IMG/VR virus record: IMGVR_UViG_3300028797_000007
Location: 1 to 64,000 of that record
DNA length: 64,000 nt
Direction: 5' to 3' (one strand)
Source of the DNA: a virus
Lineage: Duplodnaviria; Caudoviricetes
A program made the translations under genes and the position numbers. Positions 21,022 through 32,655 of the stretch are shown here, piece after piece. Numbering within the stretch: the stretch's first letter is position 1; every line of letters begins with the position of its first letter. Below the pieces are notes generated by a model. The model did no database searches, had not been told where the DNA came from, and worked only from the letters and a program-made list of their open reading frames with translations.

Positions 21022-21201
21022 ATGAGCGATGATAAAATAGAAAAAATAATAAATATAATTAGTATCATAATTATGATTTTTACTATCGTGTGGATAACTT
21101 TTATATCAATATTAATATGTAATATGATTAAAGACCATAAATGTTGGTTAGATGGATATAACACCGAGTACTGCCAAAAATATGTAAGGGGGAATGAATA
21201 A
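21022..21201 (+). CDS. Small single-TM membrane protein (59 aa)
   Basis: MSDDKIEKIINIISIIIMIFTIVWITFISILIC...; GAGGA RBS; TAA overlaps the next ATG. Confidence 0.65.
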   Translation: MSDDKIEKIINIISIIIMIFTIVWITFISILICNMIKDHKCWLDGYNTEYCQKYVRGNE

Positions 21202-21671
21202 TGCACGCATTATGTGTAATGATAGCCAAATCAATAAACCAGATAGAACGTTTTAAAAACGATAGATGTGAATATGGAAACTGGGACTATGCTGTTATCG
21301 GTGGAAGATATGACCGTATTATACCAGTGTCTAAAAAAGTAAAAGACATATACGAAGGGATAAACTTCCCTTTCAATGATGATGAATATGCGGAAAACGG
21401 TTTCCCTTTTCATAACATAATGAATAATTTTAATTATAAATATGTTTCCATAGCTCGTATAAGAAACATAAAAAGAGATGAGGTAGAGCGTATTAATGAC
21501 GCTCACCTAATTAACCCATTTAATCCTTATTCGTATATATTAGAATATGAAGATGGGACACAAAGCCCAGAATTTATTTGTGAGCAAGATGGGGTAGGTC
21601 AATTAATGGAATATATTAACGACCCGCGTCATGCTTCTTATTATTTAGCTATTATAGATTATCATTGTTAG
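21201..21671 (+). CDS. Hypothetical protein
   Basis: 156 aa; WDYAVIGGRY and C-terminal IIDYHC motifs typical of a conserved phage family. Confidence 0.7.
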   Translation: MHALCVMIAKSINQIERFKNDRCEYGNWDYAVIGGRYDRIIPVSKKVKDIYEGINFPFNDDEYAENGFPFHNIMNNFNYKYVSIARIRNIKRDEVERINDAHLINPFNPYSYILEYEDGTQSPEFICEQDGVGQLMEYINDPRHASYYLAIIDYHC

Positions 21672-21686
21672 GAGGATTAGAAAATT

Positions 21687-21848
21687 TTGAAACAAGAAAA
21701 CAATTATAAAAAAAGACCTTTCAAGAAAAAAGAAGAAGATAAAAAATTTGATGTAGAACGTTGGTTAAAACAAAATTCTAACATAGAGTATCCTAAGCGA
21801 GGAAAGAAAAACTCATTAGGAGACAAAAAAAATAAGAGAAGACACTAA
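21687..21848 (+). CDS. Small basic protein (53 aa, TTG start)
   Basis: AGGAGG RBS; Lys/Arg-rich ORF ending in the bidirectional terminator. Confidence 0.55.
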   Translation: MKQENNYKKRPFKKKEEDKKFDVERWLKQNSNIEYPKRGKKNSLGDKKNKRRH

Positions 21849-21866
21849 TTTGTCTTCTCTTTTTTT
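21825..21866. terminator. Bidirectional terminator between the converging arms
   Basis: AAGAGAAGACA-CTAATT-TGTCTTCTCTT flanked by A- and T-runs. Confidence 0.85.
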
Positions 21867-24800
21867 ATGCTGTAAAAATAGGACCAGTTGTTCCAGTGTT
21901 TGATTTACAATCATTTTCATTCGTACCGATATATACTAAAATACCATTTGCAAATCCAAGATAACCTGAACCAATTTTACAATATCCGTCACATCCCTGT
22001 ACAAGAGTCGTCGTACCATATTTATAGGTTTTTAATGTTTTTGTCTTTAAATTTAAAGCATACTCGCCGCCTACTTCTATATCAGTCGCCAAAGTAGATT
22101 TTAAATGTAATTCCCCCGTTCCTTTACAGGTTACCGCTGCTAATTCTTCAGTACCATTAGCATTCTTCATAGCGCCAAGATAAGCTGTATTACCAGAACA
22201 AGCTTTTAAGTCTAAATTTTTACCGCCCCCACCAGGAGTAACAAAGCCATCTGCACTAGCACTAATAGCCACCCCTGCGTTCATACTAATTCTAGCACCA
22301 GTATTTAATAAGAATGTACCTCCTACATTATCAACATTTGGATAAAAAGCTAAGGTACCATCAGCAAATATATTAGCCCTTCCACCATTGCTTTGACTTC
22401 CTCTATTTTTAATATAATCGTCTACTATAATTCAACCACTAGTACTTGTTCCAGTGTAAATAGTAGAACCACTAACTGTAGAACCGCTAATGGTTGAAGC
22501 TGTAATTGTACCTTTAATACTAGCACTACTACAAGTTAATTTACCATCACTGGTAACTTTAAAATTACTTCCCAGTGTTATTGAACCACTATTCATAGTA
22601 AGATTTGTAGCAGTAATGTTGTTTGCTGTAAGATTACTAATACTACCACCAGTCGCAGTTAAATTATCTGTTGTAATTGTACCGGTAATATTTGCATTTG
22701 TAGCTTTTAAAAATCCTTCATTTGTTACATAGAATGGCGTAGAATTTGCTCAACCAGATGTAGACCAAGGGTCACTACCTCCGGCATAAAAAGCAGGGTC
22801 ACCAGCATAATTGGAGCTAGCCATACCCGTAATATGATTATTAGCATTTTTAGCCCATAATTTATTAGTTTCAATTGTGAAGCCACCTATTCTACCAGAC
22901 GTACTATATAAGTCTCCTGTAGGGGTTACACCAAATTTACCATTAGAATAAATAGAATAATTTTGCGTAACACCATGAACTGTTCCACTTATACCGCCAG
23001 GACTTAGCCATAAATCTTTAGTGGTTCCATTTAAATGATAAAAACCTTGATTACTTGTAATCCAGTTAGCTATATTACTACCTTCTTCAGCTACTAAAAA
23101 ACCTTTAGTATATATTAAAGGATTATTACTTCCATCAACACCAACAAATGATGCTATATTATTATTAGTACCCCAGTTAGAAGCATATGAAGCATCATTT
23201 TTAGCACTTGTAGTATTAAATTCAGTAACGTGTGAAGTTTTACCAGCTGATTGTCTAACTGACAAACCATATTGGTCTATCAATACTTTACCTGCTAAAC
23301 CAGACATAATAGTAATTTTATTTGTATCAATAGAACCACTATTAAGATATGTTGCATTAATACCGCTTGGGCTCATCATTTTTTCCCAAGTTACCGGTTC
23401 ATTTGCATCATTATCTAAATTACTTGTATTAAATATACCATTACCTGCATATTTCATTGCTCTATGTGGGTCTGTTGGGTCTGTAGCTCTTAAACCAGAA
23501 CTATCTAATAATACATTACCATTAGTACCAACTATACTAATGTTAGCATGACCATTATCTAGAGACTCTTTTAAGCTTTCGGCATCTAATGTACCGTCTG
23601 CTTTTAAAACAGCTGTTCTAGCATAAATATCTGCGTTATTTAATACAGTATTAGTTGCAGTAATAATATTACCAACCAACTCTTTGTCATCAGTATAAGC
23701 AGTATTGATTTCTATTTTATTATTTATAGGATTATCTGGATATCTTGTTATTTGTGTGATAAGACCTGGAACTCCATACATTCCCATAGGCTCATCATAA
23801 ATAGATATATAATCTCCTGCTTTAGGAATAATTTGTCCTACACTATGCAATAATCTAACCAAGTCATTATAAACATCATTTTCAGTAACAATTAATTGGT
23901 TACCACAAATAGGACAAGAATTAATTGGCGTATAACTTATATAATCACATTCAGCGCAACGGTATTTAGTTACTGTAGGTTCTCTGTATTCAATTAAACC
24001 AGAAGAATCGATTACATTTAAGTTCCAAGTAACTTCTGGAACTGAATATTTATCAGATGCTTCCATACCTTCTTGGAATAATAAGTTAACATAAGGTTGT
24101 TCATTATTAGTGTAATTACCTTCTACTAAAAAATCTCCAAAGTTTTCTTGAATTGTTGCGTTTAAGTCTTTTATTATAGCTTCCCATTCATCATAAATTT
24201 CATCTAATTTTTGGATTTTGGCTAACATAGCATTTACTGTCCTTAAATAAGAAAGCATATCACCATAATTTTCAATGTATTTAAGAATTGCATCATTCCA
24301 TACTTCAATTTGTCCACTTGTAGAACGAACATAAACCCCATCTAATTTATATGTATACCCGTCTTCCCAGCTTACAGTGCTATTTTCAAATGGAATAGTA
24401 GTTATCATAGATACTCTATCTTCATAATCTTCAATAGACCAACTAGCGTTAGCGCGGTCTAAACTCATAACCAATCTTTGATAGTAACCTTTTAAATGAG
24501 GATTATATCTTTGACCTTCATATTTTCTAGTTACATCTGTGCCATAAGGATAGAATGTATCTCTATCATCCCAGTGATATTCATCTTTAAAATCATCATA
24601 TACTGGAATATAAATTGCATTATTAACTAAATCTTTAGGATGATGTGTAGGGTCTGTATTACTTAAACATTGTGCATTTGGACATGTAGTAATATTTGCT
24701 CCCGCACTTGAACCATTAGGAGCTATAGCCCTAGTTTCTCCACAAACATAACAATGGAATAGTTTTATATAATTCTTTCCATTTGATTTATAAGTTCCTT

Positions 24801-26826
24801 TTGGTGGCTTGTGGAAACAATAAGTCATTCCCTCAGAGTATTGACCATCAACATTATAATATTTATTTTCCATAGCATATAGGGTTGATTCATACCCATC
24901 TTGAGCTATATCATAATTATTAACCGCATCATTGTATAATTGTCTAGTATTACGATAGTCATCTATATATTTATCCATAAATGCTAAATTAAGGTCATTT
25001 ATTTGCATTTCATATTGGTATAGTTCCAATATTTGTTCTTTAGTAATCCAATTATTTTGATACGCCCATTTTAAGTTTAAAATGTAATTAGTACCATAAG
25101 GACTACGAGAATTAATATACATATCATCATTAGGAGACCATTCTCCTGATGTACCTGTAATAGGGTCTACTAAAACAGTTACACCATTAACTGTTCCTTT
25201 CCATAAACCAGATTCTTGTAAAGTTCCTAATACTCATTGATTATTATTAAAGAAATAAACCTTACGACCAGAACCAGCCACCCAATAATTTTTAACATTA
25301 GTATCGTGTGTTTCTACTTGTACTGGAACTAATTGAGGTTCATCGTCAATTTCCCTCAATTCATATACTGTCTTATTAAAATTGGCAGCAGGTAAAGAGT
25401 TATCGACTATACACCAATATCCTTCTACATTTGTAGTACCTGGTAAACTTCTATAAAAACCAGTAAAGGTTTTAATGTAACTTCTTTCTGCCGTACCTAT
25501 ATTAATATTAGCGTCACCGTTATAATCTTTACCACCTGTACAATACAATTTAGTAATAACTTTTTCACCATCTGACTTAGTGTTATCATCTTTTATATTT
25601 TTACCTAAAGCATAAACCAAGCCATAATTTTTACCAGCAAATTCATGTAAAGCAACGGTTCTGTTTACACAATCAAATACTGGGTATAATTGTAATGCTT
25701 GACAAGTTGCTGTAATGGCATTATAACAGTTACCATTACTTAAACTTATATTGCTTGTTTTATCTACTGTTTCTGTTGAAGTTGTAGACCCTTTTGGATT
25801 AGGTATAGTAGTCTGAACTATATCTACATCTGGAGTACCATTAGGTCTTAGAGCAACAGACCAGTTAGTTCCTTCTAATATATGGTATAAATAATTAAGA
25901 GCATTATTAGGACATAAATATTTATCTACTTCGTATATTTGAGCCCACTCCCATGAATATCTATCTATATATAAATCAGGGTCTATACCCTCAGTACTTA
26001 AATTATAAAAATCATAAAGTTGTAAAACTAAATAGCCACCCTTTTTATACAATACCCCATTAAAACGAGCTGTAGACGTAATAGGCCAATAAAAAGCTGT
26101 AGCCAATAAACCATAAGGCCAAGAAGCCGTATTAGCCATTAAACGAGTAATCTCTGTTTTACCTAATGGATATTCTTTAGCATGTTCTGGGTCCCAAACT
26201 AATGGAATATTATTATTACCCGCAGTTGCACTTAAAGCAGAAGTCCATTGTTGGTATTTAATCGTACCAGGTTTATCCATAGGTTTATTTTCATATAAAG
26301 ACCATTCGTCTCTCGTTAATGTGTCTTGTGATATATTTAAACCAACTCTTTTTTTACTTAAATTAAATCTAGGATAGTCCATTGCAGTAAAGCTTGTTGT
26401 AGTTTTCAATACATCTCTTTTTGTGTCTACTGGCTGAACTATATAGTCCATTATATAATCTTCTATAACATTGTCTGGATAGACATTAGAATAAGTCTTA
26501 TCTATGTATTCTACTTGGTCACCATAACCTTGTGGTTCACGTACTGTTATAGGTTGCTCTCCTGTATAGTAAACTTCTCTATGATAACGTAATTTTACAA
26601 GAGGTGTTAAAAGGTCTTGTAATGGGTTTTTTATCTTATCTCCCCTATCATTTATGATAGTATTAGGCATATCAAACTTTAAATCACTATAACCTGTATT
26701 AGCTTCTGTAATAGAAATATTAAAAGCATAACCAGGAGTTCTATGGTCATCTGAGTTAAATATAGTCTTTTTAATATTATCTTGATAGTCTAACACGTGT
26801 AGGGTTTCTTTTACGTATACTTGCAT
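21865..26826 (-). CDS. Tal / tail-tip hub-spike protein (1653 aa; TGA=Trp at 25234, 22750, 22432)
   Basis: Prophage-endopeptidase-like hub (LYHILEGTNW, VITKLYCTGG), coiled coil, GINATYLNSGSIDT, beta-rich C-terminus; three track ORFs join in one frame. Confidence 0.82.
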
Positions 26827-26840
26827 TCTCTCTCCCTCCT

Positions 26841-26877
26841 AAAATAAAAATACGGAAGACTCTTCGTCCTCCTTCGT
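26841..26877 (-). terminator. Terminator/attenuator-like hairpin in the Tal leader
   Basis: Minus strand GGAGGAC-GAAGA-GTCTTCC followed by ATTTTTATTTT, just upstream of the RBS. Confidence 0.5.
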
Positions 26878-26914
26878 CTCTAATATATAGTATCTTTTGA
26901 GGTAAAAAAATAAA
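26878..26914 (-). promoter_or_regulatory. Putative late promoter (Tal)
   Basis: TTTA-N18-TACTATATATTAGAG. Confidence 0.7.
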
Positions 26915-26936
26915 GAGAACTCTCGTTCTCTTTATT
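26904..26936 (-). terminator. Intrinsic terminator
   Basis: AATAAAGAGAAC-TCTC-GTTCTCTTTATT with an A-run on the + strand. Confidence 0.75.
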
Positions 26937-26940
26937 ATTT

Positions 26941-27489
26941 CTACATACTGTCTACACCAGGATATGGATTAACATCTGGGTCAACAATTAGACCTTCATC
27001 TATAACAATTTCAATAGTATGGTCTCTTGTGATACCAGAGTATGTAATCTTAACTTCTGTCTCACTTATTTCTTCAAATGTAATCCAAGCAGGGTTACCT
27101 GTCTTATATTCTTTACCATCTACGATTAAATGGAAAGCAGTTACCTCACTACCGAATGTTATTAAAGATGAAACTGTAGCACCCTCTTCTATATTTTCAA
27201 TTCTTTCTGCATCTGGAGCATATCCCTCTATGTTTTCATAAGAAAGAACATATAGATTAGGTTCAGGTATAGGTTTCTTACCATAAATTAAGTCTAAATA
27301 ATATGATTTGTCGTCAACTATTCTTAAATCTTCGTATCCGACTTTACCTAATAGTTCTAGAGCTGTAGTAGCTGCTTCTTCTGGTGTTAATACAGCATAT
27401 TCTACTGTTTCGTCATTATCGTTAGTTACCATATGAAAAGCAAAAACGTTTTCTCTAGAAGTGTGTAACTTAGTCATAATTTTATACAT
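26941..27489 (-). CDS. Hypothetical acidic late protein (possible accessory virion protein)
   Basis: GGAGG RBS, own late motif; ends DPDVNPYPGVDSM. Confidence 0.7.
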   Translation of the reverse strand: MYKIMTKLHTSRENVFAFHMVTNDNDETVEYAVLTPEEAATTALELLGKVGYEDLRIVDDKSYYLDLIYGKKPIPEPNLYVLSYENIEGYAPDAERIENIEEGATVSSLITFGSEVTAFHLIVDGKEYKTGNPAWITFEEISETEVKITYSGITRDHTIEIVIDEGLIVDPDVNPYPGVDSM

Positions 27490-27513
27490 AGTTTCCCTCC
27501 TTTTACATTATTT

Positions 27514-27551
27514 CTCTAATATATAGTAGGTTTTTAAGTATAGAAATTAAA
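27514..27551 (-). promoter_or_regulatory. Putative late promoter
   Basis: TTTA-N19-TACTATATATTAGAG. Confidence 0.7.
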
Positions 27552-27568
27552 AAAAAGAAAGAGGAGAA

Positions 27569-28018
27569 TTATTTCCCCTCATTCATTATTTCACCAGTTT
27601 CTGGGTCTTTAACAGCTCATGTAATTACTTCTTCTTTTGTTACGCTTACGTTTGCTAATTCAACTATTCCTTTAATAGCTTTTTTAGCTTGAACAACAAC
27701 TGTAGCAACGACAATACCTAAAACAGCAACACTTGATAAAGTGTTTAATATTTCAGGTGAAAGTAATACAACTCCAAAGCTATTAGTAATCATATCATTT
27801 ATAAAAGGTAGCATTGTAAAAGCTACAGAAGTAAGTGCTGCACTTATATAAAATATAATAGCTTTTCCCAAGCCTCTAAATAATTTAGACCAAGAAAATT
27901 CTTCTCCTTTGCTTGTATTATGAATAATACCACAAATTGTATTAACTATTACTAGCATACCTAGAACTACTCCTAGTCATCCCATAGTTTTAAGTGTTGA
28001 CATAATAGCATCTAACAT
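27569..28018 (-). CDS. Holin (149 aa; TGA=Trp at 27977, 27617)
   Basis: Three hydrophobic segments, FSWSKLFRGLGKA motif, immediately downstream of the endolysin, GGAGG RBS. Confidence 0.8.
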
Positions 28019-28030
28019 ATTTTATCCCTC

Positions 28031-29455
28031 CTATATTTTTTGTAGAGCATCTGCTTTATAGAATCCAGTTGTACCAGTATTATTTCCTATTTGATAAGGA
28101 TAAGGTCTGTTTTCTTTATGTCCATGCTCTACATCTCAAATATCTAAAACAGTTCTTACCCAACCAATACCATAAGCAGTATTTGAATCACCATAACTTG
28201 AACCATTGCCCGTTCCTATTATTTTAACTTTGTCTCCAATTTGAGGTTTGTTAGGAGTAGGTTCTGGTTTAGGTGGTTCTGTATAAGCAGTAATTGAACT
28301 TTCGTTCATCCAACCCAAATCTCCTGTTGTATTATAAGGATGAGCAGCTCCGTCTAATCTTCTTGTGATGTAAGTTTCGGTAGCTCCAACTACTCCATTA
28401 GGAGTGGCATCATTAGCTGTTAAATATAAATCCCCACTTACAATTACATGGTCGCCGATTTCAAACTTATAAGTAGGTGTTGGCGTTGGTGTTGGTGGGA
28501 CTGGTGCTTCTGCAGGTTCCAAATAGCTTGCAGCCATATAACCTACAGCCCCATCACTAACTACTTGTACGTGATAATAATGGTAACCATACTTATCATA
28601 TCCATCGTTTAAATATTTAACTAAAGTCCCTGTTTCATAAGTTCTTATCTTACCACCATTATCATCTAATAACCATAATGAACCGTTAATTACTTTATAA
28701 TAATCACTAGGTGTTGGTGCAGGTTGCCCATCAATCCAAGCTTGGACATCCGCTGGTTGATAAATGAAGCATTTAAAGTAATATTGACTTCCCATACCCC
28801 ATCTTCCATTTGCATTTGTTCTCGTTGAATTCCAGAATATAGCAGTACATCCATATCCAGATTCTGAAGTATAAATACTTCCATCTTCATTAACTCTTTC
28901 AACTGTCCCAACATGGCCACATCCTTCAGGACCTCCGCCCCAACAGATAATTGCTCCAACTCTTGGAGTTGAACCCATTGCTAAACCATCTTCAGCAGCT
29001 CTTTTATCAAAGTTAGCAGCATTACAATTTAAGTTAGTATAAGTACAACCGGTAGTTCCTCTGGCTGCATTTATGATTTCATTTGTACGTCCACTCGCAT
29101 ATCCAACGCAATTGGCCAATACGTCTGCATGTGGGTCGCATGGGTTCCCTTTAATACAAGTATTCCATCCACCAGAACCAGTTCTAATATAATTTAAGTT
29201 ATCATATGGTCTACTTGTTCTCATTGTAAAACCTAGAGCCCCAACACCTTCAGGCATTTCTGCATTTTCATTTTCAATAATTGTGTCTGGGTCATTCATT
29301 TCTTCAATACTATCTGTATTAAACAAGTATTGAATATTTTCATCATCAATGTCGTCTCTTAAGAATGCTTTAGCTACCATAGTTTGCATTTCTTTTGGAG
29401 CTTGTTCAATTCTGGCAATTTTTTCTTGCCATGTAAGTTTTTTATTTTCTTCCAT
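28031..29455 (-). CDS. Endolysin: CHAP domain plus SH3-like cell-wall-binding domains (474 aa; TGA=Trp at 28136)
   Basis: ANCVGY and CGHVGTVE catalytic Cys/His; GYMAASYL SH3b-like domain; PT-rich linkers; two IGD.V repeat domains. Confidence 0.88.
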
Positions 29456-29480
29456 AATAAAATACCTCCTCTTATTTTAT

Positions 29481-29518
29481 CACTATTATATAGTAGATTT
29501 TAAAGCTCTCCTTTTAAA
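29481..29518 (-). promoter_or_regulatory. Putative late promoter (lysis cassette)
   Basis: TTTA-N19-TACTATATAATAGTG. Confidence 0.6.
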
Positions 29519-30630
29519 ACTTTTTCTCACTTATCATAATCACATCTATCTTCATAAGTAACCTTTTTAGGCTTGTGATTAAATATTTTATCAATATCAA
29601 GGTCGCTCAAATCTAGATTAAGTAAATAACCATTTTCTCCTTCCTTAACAATATTTAATGCTTCTGGAAAACGAGTTAAGATAACAGGTACTCCTCTTTG
29701 TAAAGCTTCAAATGCACTGTAACAAAAACTTTCTGTATCACTAAGTTGCACTAAATAATCGCATCCTTTTATCAACATCTTATTAGCTGTTGATGGAGGA
29801 ACTATAATAAATTCTGGTATAGATTTTATTTCTCCTAATATTTTAGAGTCTTTAATTTGACTTAATGAACAGCAAACAAATCATATGAAATGTTTATGCT
29901 CTTCTTTAAACTTTTTAGCCATCTCTATCATACGCCATATACCTTTTTCTTTTGTAGCTCTTGATAAAGTAATAAAAGTCATGCCGTCTTCATCTTCATA
30001 ATCATGGTCCAATATATTATATATAACTTCTGGCTCTACTTGGCAAAAAGGTTGTAATCCTTTAGCTGCTGTATCTGAAACACAAATTATTTTATCAACT
30101 CTTGCAGGTTTAGACCACTCAAGATTAGCATAATCAGGATGACTAGCTTTCATACCACTTAAATCTGCATGTATCATTTGATATACTTTATCTGCTTTAG
30201 CTCTATGTAATATATTACCGCCATCATAATTACCTAAAATTAAAATATCACATTCAAATTGTTTTTGGTTATCAATAACTACATCTGCGTATCTACTTAA
30301 ATTAGCTAATTGAGCAGGTTCAATCATATTACACATAATAGTAATATTTCTATCACGATACTTCTTTACAAAGTTAAATAAGAAAGTTTCTATACCACCG
30401 ATATAATATAAATATCCTTGACGAAAGACTACTTTTTTGCCAAGTCTCTTATATTGTTCTGGTTTACGGGAAGAAATGAATTCAACATATTTCGTTTTAT
30501 TACGATTTTCTCCCATAAGTTCTATTAATCTGTCTATTGTATCAATATCATAAACATCCCCAACTTCTCTCATTTTAACTGGGTCATATTTTGTATCAAC
30601 AAATCTTCTTACTACTTTTACTGTAAACAT
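29500..30630 (-). CDS. GT4 (GT-B) glycosyltransferase with an extra N-terminal small domain (376 aa; TGA=Trp at 29881, 29527)
   Basis: IGGIETF, ICVSD, VIYN, LSRATKEKG, DYLVQLSDTESFCYSAFEALQRGVPVI (EX7E), GENGY. Confidence 0.88.
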
Positions 30631-30661
30631 TTTCTCTCCTCCTTTATCTTATCCATTCTCT

Positions 30662-30698
30662 CTCTAATATATAGTATCATAGGGACATAAAAAATAAA
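30662..30698 (-). promoter_or_regulatory. Putative late promoter (GT4 gene)
   Basis: TTTA-N18-TACTATATATTAGAG. Confidence 0.7.
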
Positions 30699-30710
30699 GA
30701 GAAGACCCCA

Positions 30711-31613
30711 CTATTGGGTCAACTCTATAAATGTACCATCTTCTTGTTTTTGCCATACCCTTGCGTTAGGTGCTATACGATATTCTATTTCCATTTCGGC
30801 ATTTTGGTCATTAGTTATTTCCGTTTGTCCTTCGCATGAATCCAATAAAATATAAGGTTGTGATGGCACTTTTATCTTATTTTTACGCTCGTAGCAAATA
30901 AATACTTTCCCATTATCCATTCAATTTAAAAAACTACCTAAGTCAGGATATCTTGTGGCATCAGCTGATATATAAACCCTTTGGTCTTTTATTTTTATTC
31001 TATTAGGTTGCGATAAATCTTCATTAGCTTTAAAATGGGTGCACCATATATCGGTAGAATCGTTTTTAGCATTAGATAAAAATAGACTTATAACAGTAAC
31101 GACATTATTAGAATAAACATTATCTAATTGCCAATTATCTGTATTTTTAAAACTATCATATATTGTCTTTAAGTAAACATACCCATTTTCATAATAATCT
31201 TTAACCCCATTTTGTAAACTACATAAAGGTTGAGGCGAATAAATCAATTCCTTATGATTTATATTTTCTGTCGTATAACATTTTATCTCATAATTCCCTG
31301 TAGATGAATTTAATGTTCCTTTTTTGGTGATAGCTTTAGATGAAGTCATAGTAGGAGTACCTGATTGTGTACTTTCTCCATATAATTTAAAGCTCTCTAA
31401 TGGCATATTAATTCCATCGTTAATTATTATATCTCTACCATAAGCCTTTTTAGTATTTTTAACTAATTCATAACTATACTCTGCACTCAATGGAGCATCG
31501 TCTGGTTTACCATTGTAAGCCCATACTTCATAACCATCTTCACCAAGTGAATCCATTCTATGCAAGTCTTCTCTAAAATTCACTTGAGGATATATCTCTT
31601 TAAAATTACTCAT
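30711..31613 (-). CDS. Tail/baseplate-associated protein (300 aa; TGA=Trp at 30921)
   Basis: KLYGESTQSGTPT motif typical of Firmicutes phage tail proteins; joins two track ORFs. Confidence 0.65.
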
Positions 31614-31848
31614 TAGGCACACCCCCGACATATATCTTTTGCCATATTATATTTTTATCTCTATCATAAGTCTTATAGTAAAATATATTATTATCTATAA
31701 TAAAATCGACATTTTCAGGAGCTGACTCTACCGTTCCTCAATAAGCGTTATGATTTTCTGCCGTACTAACTATATCATTTCCTCTTGGAAATCTGTGATA
31801 AATAGTTGTTCCAGTACCATTACCTTTCTTTATTTCAATCGACTTCAT
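31606..31848 (-). CDS. Small tail-region protein (80 aa; TGA=Trp at 31738)
   Basis: GGAGG RBS; MKSIEIKKGNG...AY(W)GTVESAP...WQKIYVGG; TAA overlaps the next start. Confidence 0.65.
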
Positions 31849-31861
31849 TTCCTCCCTCCTT

Positions 31862-31900
31862 AAATAAAAATAAGAGGAGAAGGACTCCCATCCTCCTCCA
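31862..31900 (-). terminator. Intrinsic terminator
   Basis: Minus strand GGAGGAGGA..TCCTTCTCC followed by TCTTATTTTTATTT. Confidence 0.55.
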
Positions 31901-31905
31901 TATTA

Positions 31906-32592
31906 TTACATATCTTTTGCATTCATTAAACCAGAAATTTGACTTCCTAAATGGTCGACATATTGACGTACATATTCAGGTTCTTCTTGCATTTTGTTAT
32001 CAGTAGTATAAGTTATAACTACAGCTCCTATAACATAACCGCTCGTGTTAGTTAATTTGTAAGCATAAAAAGAACGTAATCCTCTCCCTTTAAGTACCTC
32101 ATATGTTCCTGGGTCTTTTGATTTTACATCTTCTACATTAGATATAAAAGAACCACCGGTTTTATCTATTTCTTCTATAGGATAAGCTAGCATCGCTCTA
32201 AATTGACTTTGGAAATCAGATATGACTGGTTTGTAACCTATATTAACACTTTCGTTAGTAACACTGAATTTTAAAAAGGAGATAGAATTCATATCCTTCC
32301 CACCATTATGATAACGAGCTACCATAGCACGGCTTGCGCCTAAATCAGTTACTGCAGATTGTAAAAGCATATTAATAGTTTTATCTATTTTCATAGCAAC
32401 ACGGTCTTCTTCTTCTGTTAATACATGCGAATTACCAACGCGTAATTGGTCTAATATAGCTTGGAATAATTTTGTATTTATATCTTCTTGTTTTTGATGA
32501 TTTCTTAAAATGATATATAAAAATATACCGGCAATAACAGTTAAAACACCTAGTTCTGCTATAGATTGTGCTATTGATAAACCATATTCCAT
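31906..32592 (-). CDS. Membrane protein: N-terminal TM plus GAF-like domain (possible second holin or lysis regulator)
   Basis: TM around residues 10-29; MVARYHNGG..FLKFSVTNE..GLRSFYAYKL..VIGAVVI GAF-like pattern. Confidence 0.55.
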   Translation of the reverse strand: MEYGLSIAQSIAELGVLTVIAGIFLYIILRNHQKQEDINTKLFQAILDQLRVGNSHVLTEEEDRVAMKIDKTINMLLQSAVTDLGASRAMVARYHNGGKDMNSISFLKFSVTNESVNIGYKPVISDFQSQFRAMLAYPIEEIDKTGGSFISNVEDVKSKDPGTYEVLKGRGLRSFYAYKLTNTSGYVIGAVVITYTTDNKMQEEPEYVRQYVDHLGSQISGLMNAKDM

Positions 32593-32617
32593 AATTGTAC
32601 CTCCTCTTTATTTTTCT

Positions 32618-32654
32618 CTATAATATATAGTAGTATTTTAAAGTATAAACTAAA
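32618..32654 (-). promoter_or_regulatory. Putative late promoter
   Basis: TTTA-N18-TACTATATATTATAG. Confidence 0.65.
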
Positions 32655-32655
32655 A

